In this document: in pieces, positions 49,227 to 57,188 of the stretch
How positions within the stretch are numbered: position 1 is the stretch's first letter
Layout of the letters: each line of letters opens with the position of its first letter
DNA from: Actinomycetota bacterium
Lineage (GTDB): Bacteria > Actinomycetota > UBA4738 > HRBIN12
Direction of reading: 5' to 3'
DNA: 64,000 nucleotides
Assembly (NCBI GenBank): GCA_035550775.1
Contig: DASZOO010000248.1
Coordinates: 124 to 64,123 of the forward strand
Made by a program: the position numbers and the translations under genes
The notes under the pieces: generated by a model
Told to the model about the DNA's origin: nothing
The model's input: only the letters and a program-made list of their open reading frames with translations
The model's database searches: none

Positions 49227-50007
49227 CCTGTTCCCCCCTGACGGAGGCCTCGGTGCCCGGCGAGAGTCGCTCGGAGATGCGCGCGTACGCCTCCGCCGCC
49301 GCCCGCTGCTCGGCCTCCTTCTTCGACCGGCCGACGCCGGTGCCCATGGGCTCGCCGCCGAGATGCACGGTGGCCGTGAATTCCTTCTCGTGGTCCGGAC
49401 CACGTTCCTCGAGCCGGTACTCGGGCATGGATCGCAACGCCTGGGAGGCCAGCTCCTGCAGGATCGTCTTGTAGTCGCGGTCCCCTTCGCCACGCACGTA
49501 GGCCTGCATGCGCGGGCGGAACAAGCGCTCGATCAGCTCCGTCACGACCGCGAGCCCACGGTCGAGGTAGATCGCCCCGAACACCGCCTCGAGAGCGTCG
49601 GCCAGGATCGAGGACTTGTCGCGACCACCGCTCTGCTCCTCCCCCTTGCCGAGCAGCACGACATCGCCGAGCCCGAGTGAGCGCGCCACATCGGCCAGGG
49701 CGGCCATGTTCACGATCGCCGCGCGGAGCTTCGCGAGCGCCCCTTCCGGCAACTCCGGGTACTCGGCGTAGGCCATGTCGGTGACGACCAGTCCGAGCAC
49801 GGAGTCGCCCAGGAACTCCAGCCGTTCGTTCGTCACGGTCAGGCCGCGCTCGAACGCGAACGAGCGGTGCGTGAGCGCGGCCTCGCGCACGGTCGGGTCT
49901 GCGAACACCACCCCGAGCGCCGCATCGAGTGACTCGAGGGGCCTGATCGCCCCGGCCGGACCGTCGGCCTGTGCCCCGCCCCGGGCGTCGGCCTGCGCAT
50001 CGGCCAC
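49213..50007 (-). CDS. rnc: ribonuclease III
   Basis: RNase III signature (ERLEFLGDSVLGLVVT) and dsRBD. Overlaps the fpg start. Confidence 0.9.
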   Translation of the reverse strand: MADAQADARGGAQADGPAGAIRPLESLDAALGVVFADPTVREAALTHRSFAFERGLTVTNERLEFLGDSVLGLVVTDMAYAEYPELPEGALAKLRAAIVNMAALADVARSLGLGDVVLLGKGEEQSGGRDKSSILADALEAVFGAIYLDRGLAVVTELIERLFRPRMQAYVRGEGDRDYKTILQELASQALRSMPEYRLEERGPDHEKEFTATVHLGGEPMGTGVGRSKKEAEQRAAAEAYARISERLSPGTEASVRGEQGGAA

Positions 50008-50013
50008 GATCGG

Positions 50014-50190
50014 TTACTCGACCTCGAGCGCTTGCCGGCCGGCGTAGTAGCCGCAGTTCGCGCAGACGCGGTGCGACAGCTTCGGCTGCTTGCACCTGGG
50101 GCATTCCGCATAGGCGGGAGCCGAGGCCTTCCAGTTCGCCGCACGTTTGTGGCCGCGCGACCTGCTCTGCTTCTTCTTGGGAACCGCCAT
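50014..50190 (-). CDS. rpmF: 50S ribosomal protein L32 (Zn-ribbon C4 form)
   Basis: MAVPKKKQSRSRGHKRAANW...CPRC...CANCG. True start is internal to ORF 50014..50346. Confidence 0.85.
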   Translation of the reverse strand: MAVPKKKQSRSRGHKRAANWKASAPAYAECPRCKQPKLSHRVCANCGYYAGRQALEVE

Positions 50191-50215
50191 CGTGTCGCTC
50201 CTTCGTTCGTCTCGT

Positions 50216-50728
50216 TCAGTGCTCGTCGAGCATGGGAGCCAGCCGCTCGAGGGCCGCCCATCTCGGATCGGTCTCGGCGTGACCGGGACACTCCCCCAGG
50301 TTCCGATCGCCACCGCACACCGAGCACAGGCCCAGGCAGTCGGCACGGCACAGCGGCGAGAACGGCAGTTCGACCCCGATCGCGTCGCGGACCATCTGCT
50401 CGAGGTCGAGGGACCCTTCGGGGTCGAGGAGGTAGTCGTCGGAATCGGGCTCGGGCTCGGGCACGAACATCTCGTGGACCTGCACCTCGAACGGCCGTTC
50501 CAGCTCGGTGAGGCACCGGGCGCATCGCAGCGCGAACGTGCCTCGAAGCGTTGCCGTCACGAGGATACCCTCCACGAGGGCCTCGAGCAGCAGGTCCCCT
50601 TCGACCGGCACATCGTCGCGAAGGCGGGCCAGCTCGGTGCCAAGACCCTCGATCGTGCCCGCGACGTGCTGCTCCCTGGAGCTGCCGGGGTGCCCGGACA
50701 GATCTCGAACGTCGACCGCCTCGATCAT
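50216..50728 (-). CDS. DUF177 (YceD-like) protein
   Basis: Conserved upstream of rpmF. C-terminal CxxC...CxxC. Confidence 0.75.
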   Translation of the reverse strand: MIEAVDVRDLSGHPGSSREQHVAGTIEGLGTELARLRDDVPVEGDLLLEALVEGILVTATLRGTFALRCARCLTELERPFEVQVHEMFVPEPEPDSDDYLLDPEGSLDLEQMVRDAIGVELPFSPLCRADCLGLCSVCGGDRNLGECPGHAETDPRWAALERLAPMLDEH

Positions 50729-51309
50729 CGGTCCTCCTCGTCGTACAGCGGGGTCTCGGGCCGGGCACCCTCGTCGCCGGCGGGTCGGGGCCCCGCCTCA
50801 CCCAGCTCCTGCGCCGCGACCGTGCCCGGCGTGCGCAGTTTCTCTCGCCCGACCTCCACCTGGTCGAGCGTCTTGGCCAGCGCCCGCGAGGAGACCTGCG
50901 TGTCATCGAGGATGCGCCGCAGGGCGATCTCGAACTGCGCGAGCTTCGCGTCGACGTACTCCTCCGCTTCCCGCCGCATCGCGCGCGCTTGCTCGTCGGC
51001 GTCGGCCAGCACGCGTTCGGCCTCCTCGGCCGCGCGGGCGAGCACCGCTTCCTGTTTCGCCATCTTCAGCTGCTCGGCTCGCGACTGCTCGACGATGGCG
51101 TCGGCGTCGACGCGTGCCTTGGCGAGCAGGTCCTCTCGGTCCTTGACGATCCATCGCGCCTGCTTGATCTCGTCGGGCAGCGCCTCCTGCATCTCGGCGA
51201 TCAGGTCGAGCACCTCGTCGCGATTGACCAGCACCGACGACGACAGCGGCATCGCCTTGGCCTCGCGGACCAACTCGTCGAGGTGCATCAATCGGGCCGT
51301 GATGTCCAT
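50725..51309 (-). CDS. coiled-coil protein (Rv2927c/DivIVA-like, function unknown)
   Basis: 194 aa, heptad-rich (AEEAERVLADADEQARAMRREAEEYVDAKLAQFE). ATG overlaps the coaD stop (TGATG). The Arg-rich 5' ORF extension is rejected. Confidence 0.5.
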   Translation of the reverse strand: MDITARLMHLDELVREAKAMPLSSSVLVNRDEVLDLIAEMQEALPDEIKQARWIVKDREDLLAKARVDADAIVEQSRAEQLKMAKQEAVLARAAEEAERVLADADEQARAMRREAEEYVDAKLAQFEIALRRILDDTQVSSRALAKTLDQVEVGREKLRTPGTVAAQELGEAGPRPAGDEGARPETPLYDEEDR

Positions 51310-51794
51310 CAACGGCCTCCCTCGACCCGGTCGCGCAATCGGGTCCGTACCTCGTCGGGCACCAAGCCCTCCACGTCGCCCCCGAAACGAGCGACCTCCT
51401 TCACGAGCGAGCTCGACAGGAAGGACCACGAGGGGTTGGTGGGCATGAACAGCGTCTCGACGCCTGCGAGCCGATGGTTCATCTGGGCCATCTGGATCTC
51501 GAACTCGTAGTCCGAGACGGCCCTCAGGCCTTTCACGATCACCGCGTCGCGGCGTCCGCGCGCGAACTCGACCAGCAACCCGTCGAAGGAGGTGACCTCG
51601 ACCCCGGACATGTCGGCGCACACCTTCTCGAGCATCGCGATGCGCTCGTCGACGGTGAACATCGGTCGTTTGGCGGGGTTCTCGAGCACCGCCACCACGA
51701 CGGTCTCGAACGTCTCGTTCGCACGCTCGATGATGTCGAGGTGACCGTTGGTGACGGGATCGAACGTCCCCGGACACAGGGCGGTCAGGCCCAT
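51309..51794 (-). CDS. coaD: phosphopantetheine adenylyltransferase
   Basis: PGTFDPVTNGHLDII (T/HxGH) and ISSS-like motifs. True start Met at MGLTALCPG. Confidence 0.9.
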   Translation of the reverse strand: MGLTALCPGTFDPVTNGHLDIIERANETFETVVVAVLENPAKRPMFTVDERIAMLEKVCADMSGVEVTSFDGLLVEFARGRRDAVIVKGLRAVSDYEFEIQMAQMNHRLAGVETLFMPTNPSWSFLSSSLVKEVARFGGDVEGLVPDEVRTRLRDRVEGGR

Positions 51795-51808
51795 CGAACC
51801 TCCAGGTT

Positions 51809-52375
51809 TCAGGCGGATCCTTCCGGCCGGAACAGGATCACGATGCTGTCGCCATAGCGCAGCTGCTTCGCGATGGCCCAGTGTAGCGGAATGACAGGCG
51901 TGGAACTCTTGTGACCTCGGGTCAGGGCCACCGTCCACAGGTCGTCGCGGAGCCAGCCGTCGCCCAAGCCCTGCAACACCTCATCGAGGCCGGGCGCCCC
52001 GAGCTCGTACGGCGGATCGCAGATCACCAGGTCGAACGGGGCGCCCGGCCGGTCGTCCCGGCTGACGAATCGGGCGACGCGCGACGGGTGCACCTCCCCA
52101 CGGTCCGTGACCTTCGCGATCGCGAGGTTGCGCTTGATCGCCGTCACCGCAGCGGGGGCTCGATCGACGAACGTGGCGCTCACGGCCCCGCGCGAGAGGG
52201 CCTCGATACCCGCGGCTCCCGTGCCGGCGAACAGGTCCAGGACGTGCGCTCCCTCGAGGGCGCCGGGCCCGAGGCTCGAGAACAGCCCCTCGCGCGCCCG
52301 GTCGGACATCGGGCGGACGGAGGGGGGGACCGGCGCGAGACGAACGCCCTTGGCGGAGCCGGCGATGATGCGCAC
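51809..52375 (-). CDS. rsmD: 16S rRNA (guanine966-N2)-methyltransferase RsmD
   Basis: DLFAGTGAAGIEALSRGA SAM motif and DPPY motif. Confidence 0.85.
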   Translation of the reverse strand: MRIIAGSAKGVRLAPVPPSVRPMSDRAREGLFSSLGPGALEGAHVLDLFAGTGAAGIEALSRGAVSATFVDRAPAAVTAIKRNLAIAKVTDRGEVHPSRVARFVSRDDRPGAPFDLVICDPPYELGAPGLDEVLQGLGDGWLRDDLWTVALTRGHKSSTPVIPLHWAIAKQLRYGDSIVILFRPEGSA

Positions 52376-52414
52376 GGAGCCAGCGTAGCGAGGAGGTCCA
52401 CGCCCGCAGCCCGC

Positions 52415-54646
52415 TCAGGAGCGGAACAACCAGTCGATCGAGCGTTCGAAACGGTGGCGGAGCTCGCCGAGCAGCGCCGGATGACGCTCGAGCGAGGGGT
52501 CGTCGTCGATCAACGCGAACGCGCGCTCCCGGGCCCGGGCCACGAGCGGCATGTCCTCGGCGAGCCGGGCGAGTCGCAGGTCGGGCATGCCCGACTGCTT
52601 CGTGTCGAACAGCGTGCCCTCCCCGCGCAGCCGCAGGTCCTCGTCGGCGAGCTCGAACCCGTCGGTCGTGCGCACCATCGCATCGACGCGTGCACGGGCC
52701 TCGAGGTTGTCCTCGTCGGACTCGTCGAACAGCACGCAGGTGCCCGGGTGCTCGCCGCGGCCGATGCGCCCTCGGAGCTGATGCAGCTGCGCCAGTCCGA
52801 ACCGCTCCGCGTTCTCGACCAGCATGACGGTCGCGTTCGGCACGTCGACGCCCACCTCGATCACGGTCGTCGAGATCAGCAGGTCGGCCTCACCTGCTCG
52901 GAAGCGCTCCATGATCGCCTCCTTGTCCTTGGGACGCATGCGGCCGTGCAGCAGCTCGATATGGAGCTCGGGGAAGACCTCGGTCGCCAGCCGCTCGGCC
53001 TCGGCTTCGGCCGCCTTGACCTGCGTCCGGTTCCCTTCGTCGATCGCCGCGCAGACGACGAAGGCCTGCCGGCCGGCTCCGACCTCGTCGCGCACCAGCT
53101 CGTAGGCCGCCTTCCGCTGGGCGGCGGAGCGAGCGGCTCGCGTCGTGATCGGTTGCCGCCCCTTCGGCATCTCGTCGAGCACGACGACGTCGAGGTCGCC
53201 GTAGTAGGTGAGCGCGAGCGTCCTGGGGATCGGCGTCGCCGTCATGATCAGGACGTCGACTTCACCGCCCTTGCGCTGCAGAGCGGTCCGTTGGTGCAGT
53301 CCGAATCGGTGCTGTTCGTCGACCACCGCCAGGCTCAGGTCGGAGAACGTCACGGACTCCTGCACGAGCGCGTGCGTGCCCACGATCAGGTCCAGGCTGC
53401 CGTCGGCAACGGCGTCGACGATGCGCTGGCGGTCCTTGCCCGTCACCGCGCCGGTGAGCAGCGCGTAGGTGAGGGTCGGCTCGGCCGGAGACGCGTCATC
53501 GTCGTCGATCGAGTCGAGCAAGGACACCTGGGCGTCGGGCGCCCGCGGGCGCGATGCCGCGTATCGGAGGAAGGGCACGGCGCCCATGCTCTCGAGCATC
53601 ACCTGCACGGATCGGAAGTGCTGGGCCGCGAGCACCTCGGTCGGCGCCATGATCGCCGCCTGGTGCCCCGATCCGATCGCGATCAAGGAGGCGTGCAGCG
53701 CCACGAGCGTCTTCCCCGAGCCGACGTCACCCTGCAGCAGGACGTTCATCGGCCTGGGCCTGCCCATCGCCTCACCGATCACGCGCATCGCCCGCCGCTG
53801 TGCGTCGGTCGGCTCGAACGGGATCGACGCCAGCAGCCGGTCGGTGAGCGGACCGTCGGGGTCGTGGGCGACCCCGGAGCTGTCGGCTTCCACCCGGTGT
53901 TTGCGGAAGGCCACGCCGAGCTCCAGGGTGAACAGCTCGTCGAACTTGAGGCGCTCACGAGCCGCCCCCAGCGCCGCCTCGTCGGCCGGGAAGTGGATGT
54001 CGCGCAGGGCCCGATCGTAGGAGCCGAGCCCTTCGGCGCGCACGATCTCCTCGGGCATCGGGTCGTCGATCGGAGCGAGCCGGTCGAGCGCGCGATGCTC
54101 CAGCTCGCGGATCGTGCGTGTCGAGATGCCCTCGGTGGCCGGGTGCACCGGGGTGATGCGGCCCGTGTGCACGAGATCGGCCTCGTCGCCGCCGAGGACC
54201 TCGACCTCCTGCTGGGAGAGCTGCAAGCGGCCCTTGTACGAGGTGGCCGAGCCGGAGACCGCGACCTCGACACCCTCCCGATAGATGCTCGCGGCCCACG
54301 GCTGGTTGAAGAACGTGAGATCGAGATAGCCGGTGCCGTCGCCGACCGTGACCGTCACCATCGTCTGGCGCCGGCGGGTCTGCCGCTTGTGCACCTTGCG
54401 CACCAGCCCGATCACGGTGACGTACGAGCCGATCTTGACGTCGCGGATCGCCGCGACCCGTGACCGGTCGATGTACCGCCGCGGGTAGTGGTGCACGAGG
54501 TCTGCCACCGTCTCGATACCGAACGAGCTCTCCGCCAGCACCTCGTGGGCCGGTGCCCCCTTGGTCCGGAACCCCGTCCGGCGCGTCGCGAGCTTCGGAT
54601 CGATGTCGAGGACCGGCGATGCAAGCGTGAGGCGCGCGCCGCTCAT
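52415..54646 (-). CDS. recG: ATP-dependent DNA helicase RecG
   Basis: Wedge domain, helicase motifs (GDVGSGKT, DEQHRFG), TRG motif. Confidence 0.9.
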   Translation of the reverse strand: MSGARLTLASPVLDIDPKLATRRTGFRTKGAPAHEVLAESSFGIETVADLVHHYPRRYIDRSRVAAIRDVKIGSYVTVIGLVRKVHKRQTRRRQTMVTVTVGDGTGYLDLTFFNQPWAASIYREGVEVAVSGSATSYKGRLQLSQQEVEVLGGDEADLVHTGRITPVHPATEGISTRTIRELEHRALDRLAPIDDPMPEEIVRAEGLGSYDRALRDIHFPADEAALGAARERLKFDELFTLELGVAFRKHRVEADSSGVAHDPDGPLTDRLLASIPFEPTDAQRRAMRVIGEAMGRPRPMNVLLQGDVGSGKTLVALHASLIAIGSGHQAAIMAPTEVLAAQHFRSVQVMLESMGAVPFLRYAASRPRAPDAQVSLLDSIDDDDASPAEPTLTYALLTGAVTGKDRQRIVDAVADGSLDLIVGTHALVQESVTFSDLSLAVVDEQHRFGLHQRTALQRKGGEVDVLIMTATPIPRTLALTYYGDLDVVVLDEMPKGRQPITTRAARSAAQRKAAYELVRDEVGAGRQAFVVCAAIDEGNRTQVKAAEAEAERLATEVFPELHIELLHGRMRPKDKEAIMERFRAGEADLLISTTVIEVGVDVPNATVMLVENAERFGLAQLHQLRGRIGRGEHPGTCVLFDESDEDNLEARARVDAMVRTTDGFELADEDLRLRGEGTLFDTKQSGMPDLRLARLAEDMPLVARARERAFALIDDDPSLERHPALLGELRHRFERSIDWLFRS

Positions 54647-54697
54647 CGTCGGGTTCTACCACGGGGTCCCGACGGATCATCGCTCCGCCCCTCTAGC

Positions 54698-55252
54698 ATG
54701 GCCGCGGTGCAACCCCGGGTTCCCCGCCTCGCAGCCGCCGCGGCGCTGATCGCTTCGTGCTCCCTCGTCGCGTGCGCCGGACCGGACCCGGAGCCCGCTC
54801 CGACGTCCTCACCGGCGCTCCTGGCAGTCGAGGGGGTCGAAGGGCTCCCGGTCACGGTCGCGGCGCTGCCCAACGCCGGCGCCGAGGAGTTCCACACCGT
54901 GCTCGACGACCTGCGAGGCACACCGGTGGTCGTGAACCTGTGGGCCTCGTGGTGCGAACCCTGCGAACGTGAGATGCCCATGCTCTCGGTCGCCGCCCGT
55001 GACCACGCCGACGTGCAGTTCCTCGGCGTGGACACGCTCGACTCTCGCGCGGGAGCCGAGGCGTTCATCGCCGAGTACTCCGTGCCCTTCCCCTCGCTGT
55101 TCGACCCGGACGGCGCGATCCGGACCGACCTCGGCAGCCTCGGGCTGCCGGTCACCGTCTTCTTCGACGCCGACGGCAACCAGGTCGCGAAGGTCGACGG
55201 CGAGCTCAGCCAGAGCGCGCTCGACGAGCACCTCGCCGAGATCACGGGCTGA
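54698..55252 (+). CDS. TlpA/ResA-like thiol:disulfide oxidoreductase lipoprotein
   Basis: Lipobox-like LVACAG after a signal peptide. Thioredoxin fold with WCEPC active site. True start Met at MAAVQPR. Confidence 0.7.
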   Translation: MAAVQPRVPRLAAAAALIASCSLVACAGPDPEPAPTSSPALLAVEGVEGLPVTVAALPNAGAEEFHTVLDDLRGTPVVVNLWASWCEPCEREMPMLSVAARDHADVQFLGVDTLDSRAGAEAFIAEYSVPFPSLFDPDGAIRTDLGSLGLPVTVFFDADGNQVAKVDGELSQSALDEHLAEITG

Positions 55253-55281
55253 ACGAGGACGTCTGGTAGCCTCGTCGGGCT

Positions 55282-55482
55282 ATGGCAGCCGTGTGCGACA
55301 TCTGTGGCAAGAAGCCGTTCTTCGGCAAGGCCGTGACCTTCTCGCACAAGCGGAACAACCGCCGCTGGAACCCGAACGTCCAGCGTGTACGGGCCCTGGT
55401 CGACGGCACACCCCGCCGGGTCAACGCATGCACGTCGTGCATCAAGGGCGGCAAGGTCACTCGCATCCCGCGCTCCGCATAG
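55282..55482 (+). CDS. rpmB: 50S ribosomal protein L28 (Zn-ribbon C4 form)
   Basis: MAAVCDICGKKP...CTSCIKGGKV. Confidence 0.85.
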   Translation: MAAVCDICGKKPFFGKAVTFSHKRNNRRWNPNVQRVRALVDGTPRRVNACTSCIKGGKVTRIPRSA

Positions 55483-55658
55483 CCCTGCTCGACGCCGGGC
55501 TCGTCGCGGCCCGTTGTCCGTTCCGTACAGATGGCCGGGATCGGGCCGCCCTGCGTACCGGCGGGGCCCCTCAGCGCCGTTCGATAGACTGGCTGTGCTC
55601 GCCGGCGCTACCGATGCGCGACGTGAGCGCACCATCCGACCTCGCGAGGAGGCCCACC

Positions 55659-57158
55659 GTGGCACAGGTTCTCGTCAACCCGGCGCCTGAGGAGATCAGG
55701 AGTTACGCCGAGGAGATGCCCGAGACGCGCATCACCGAGTACGGCAACACGAACACCCAGACGAAGGTGCTCTCGCGCAGCGCCGCCAGCACCTACGTCG
55801 TGGAGCGCGAGTCTAGCGGCAAGAGCATGACGCGCGAGGACTACGACGCGATCGCGGCGAGCCAGGACGCCTACATCGCCGTGAACGACATGATCCAGAT
55901 CGACGGCTACATCGGGAACGATCCCGAGATGCGCACCGCCGCGCGCCTGCTGATGGAGAAGCGGTACGCGAACATCGCCGGCATGCAGCAGAAGCTCTAC
56001 TTCGAGCGGAACGACGGCGCGGACCCGGAGGTCACGGTGATCTATACGCCGGGCCTGCAAGCTCCCGGCTATCCGGACGACCGTGTGATCGCGGTCGATC
56101 TCGACGACTACGTGACGCGCGTCCTGAACTCGGACTACTTCGGGGAGTCCAAGAAGGGTGGCCTGCGCATGTGGAACGACATCGTCTACAACAAGGGCGG
56201 TCTCGCGCTCCACGCCGGTCTGAAGGTGATCCCGACCCGGCACGGCGACAAGGTGTTCATGATCATCGGCCTGTCGGGCACGGGCAAGACGACGACGACG
56301 TTCACGACACAGAACGGATCGCTGCCGATCCAGGACGACTTCGTCGGCCTCATGCCCGGTGGTCATGCCTACGGCACGGAGAACGGCTGCTTCGCGAAGA
56401 CGTTCGGCCTCGACCCCGACTTCGAGCCCTCGATCCATGGTGCGGTCACGAAGTCCTCGGCCTACCTCGAGAACGTCTACATGGACGACGCGGGCACGAT
56501 CGACTTCTTCAACGAGCACTACACGAAGAACGGTCGCTCGGTCTTCGCGATGAGCGACCTGATGGCCTACGGCGACGCTCGAGACGTCGGTCCGGTCGAC
56601 AACCTGCTGATCCTGAACCGCAACGAGAACATCATCCCGGCGGTCGTCAAGCTCGATCAGGTGCGCGCGGCAGCGTTCTTCATGCTCGGTGAGACCACCG
56701 GCACCTCGGCAGGCGGCGCCGCCGAGGAGGGCAAGTTCTTGCGGGTGCCCGGCACGAACCCGTTCTTCCCGCTCCCCCACGGCCTGCAGGGCAACCGCTT
56801 GCTCGAGCTCCTCGCCACGCACCCGATTGAGACGTACCTGCTGAACACCGGTCGTGTCGGCGGCAACGACGCCGACGACCGCTCGAAGAAGCTCCGCATC
56901 CCTGACACCTCCGCCTGCGTGAAAGGCATCGCCGAGCAGACGATCTCGTTCGAGGAAGACCCGGACTTCGGCTACGAAGTCGCGTCGTCGGTTCCCGGCC
57001 TCGACGACGACGAGAAGCTCCAGCCGAGGAGGCTCTACGAGCGGCAAGGACGTGGCGAGGAGTACCAGCGCACCGTGGAGACCCTCAAGACCGACCGGGT
57101 GGCGCACCTGCAGCAGTTCACGCAGCTCAGCGAGGAGATCATCAAGGCCGTCGGCTGA
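55659..57158 (+). CDS. pckA: phosphoenolpyruvate carboxykinase (ATP)-family protein, divergent
   Basis: Kinase-1a IGLSGTGKTTTT, NGCFAK, TIDF, YLLNTGRVGG aligning to E. coli PckA FGLSGTGKTTLS / GGCYAK / TIDF / YLVNTGWNG. GTG start 6 nt after GAGGAGG. The DDEHGW box is altered (QDDFVGL). Confidence 0.6.
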   Translation: MAQVLVNPAPEEIRSYAEEMPETRITEYGNTNTQTKVLSRSAASTYVVERESSGKSMTREDYDAIAASQDAYIAVNDMIQIDGYIGNDPEMRTAARLLMEKRYANIAGMQQKLYFERNDGADPEVTVIYTPGLQAPGYPDDRVIAVDLDDYVTRVLNSDYFGESKKGGLRMWNDIVYNKGGLALHAGLKVIPTRHGDKVFMIIGLSGTGKTTTTFTTQNGSLPIQDDFVGLMPGGHAYGTENGCFAKTFGLDPDFEPSIHGAVTKSSAYLENVYMDDAGTIDFFNEHYTKNGRSVFAMSDLMAYGDARDVGPVDNLLILNRNENIIPAVVKLDQVRAAAFFMLGETTGTSAGGAAEEGKFLRVPGTNPFFPLPHGLQGNRLLELLATHPIETYLLNTGRVGGNDADDRSKKLRIPDTSACVKGIAEQTISFEEDPDFGYEVASSVPGLDDDEKLQPRRLYERQGRGEEYQRTVETLKTDRVAHLQQFTQLSEEIIKAVG

Positions 57159-57188
57159 TCGTCGGCCCCGCGGCGGCCGCGAGCGACG

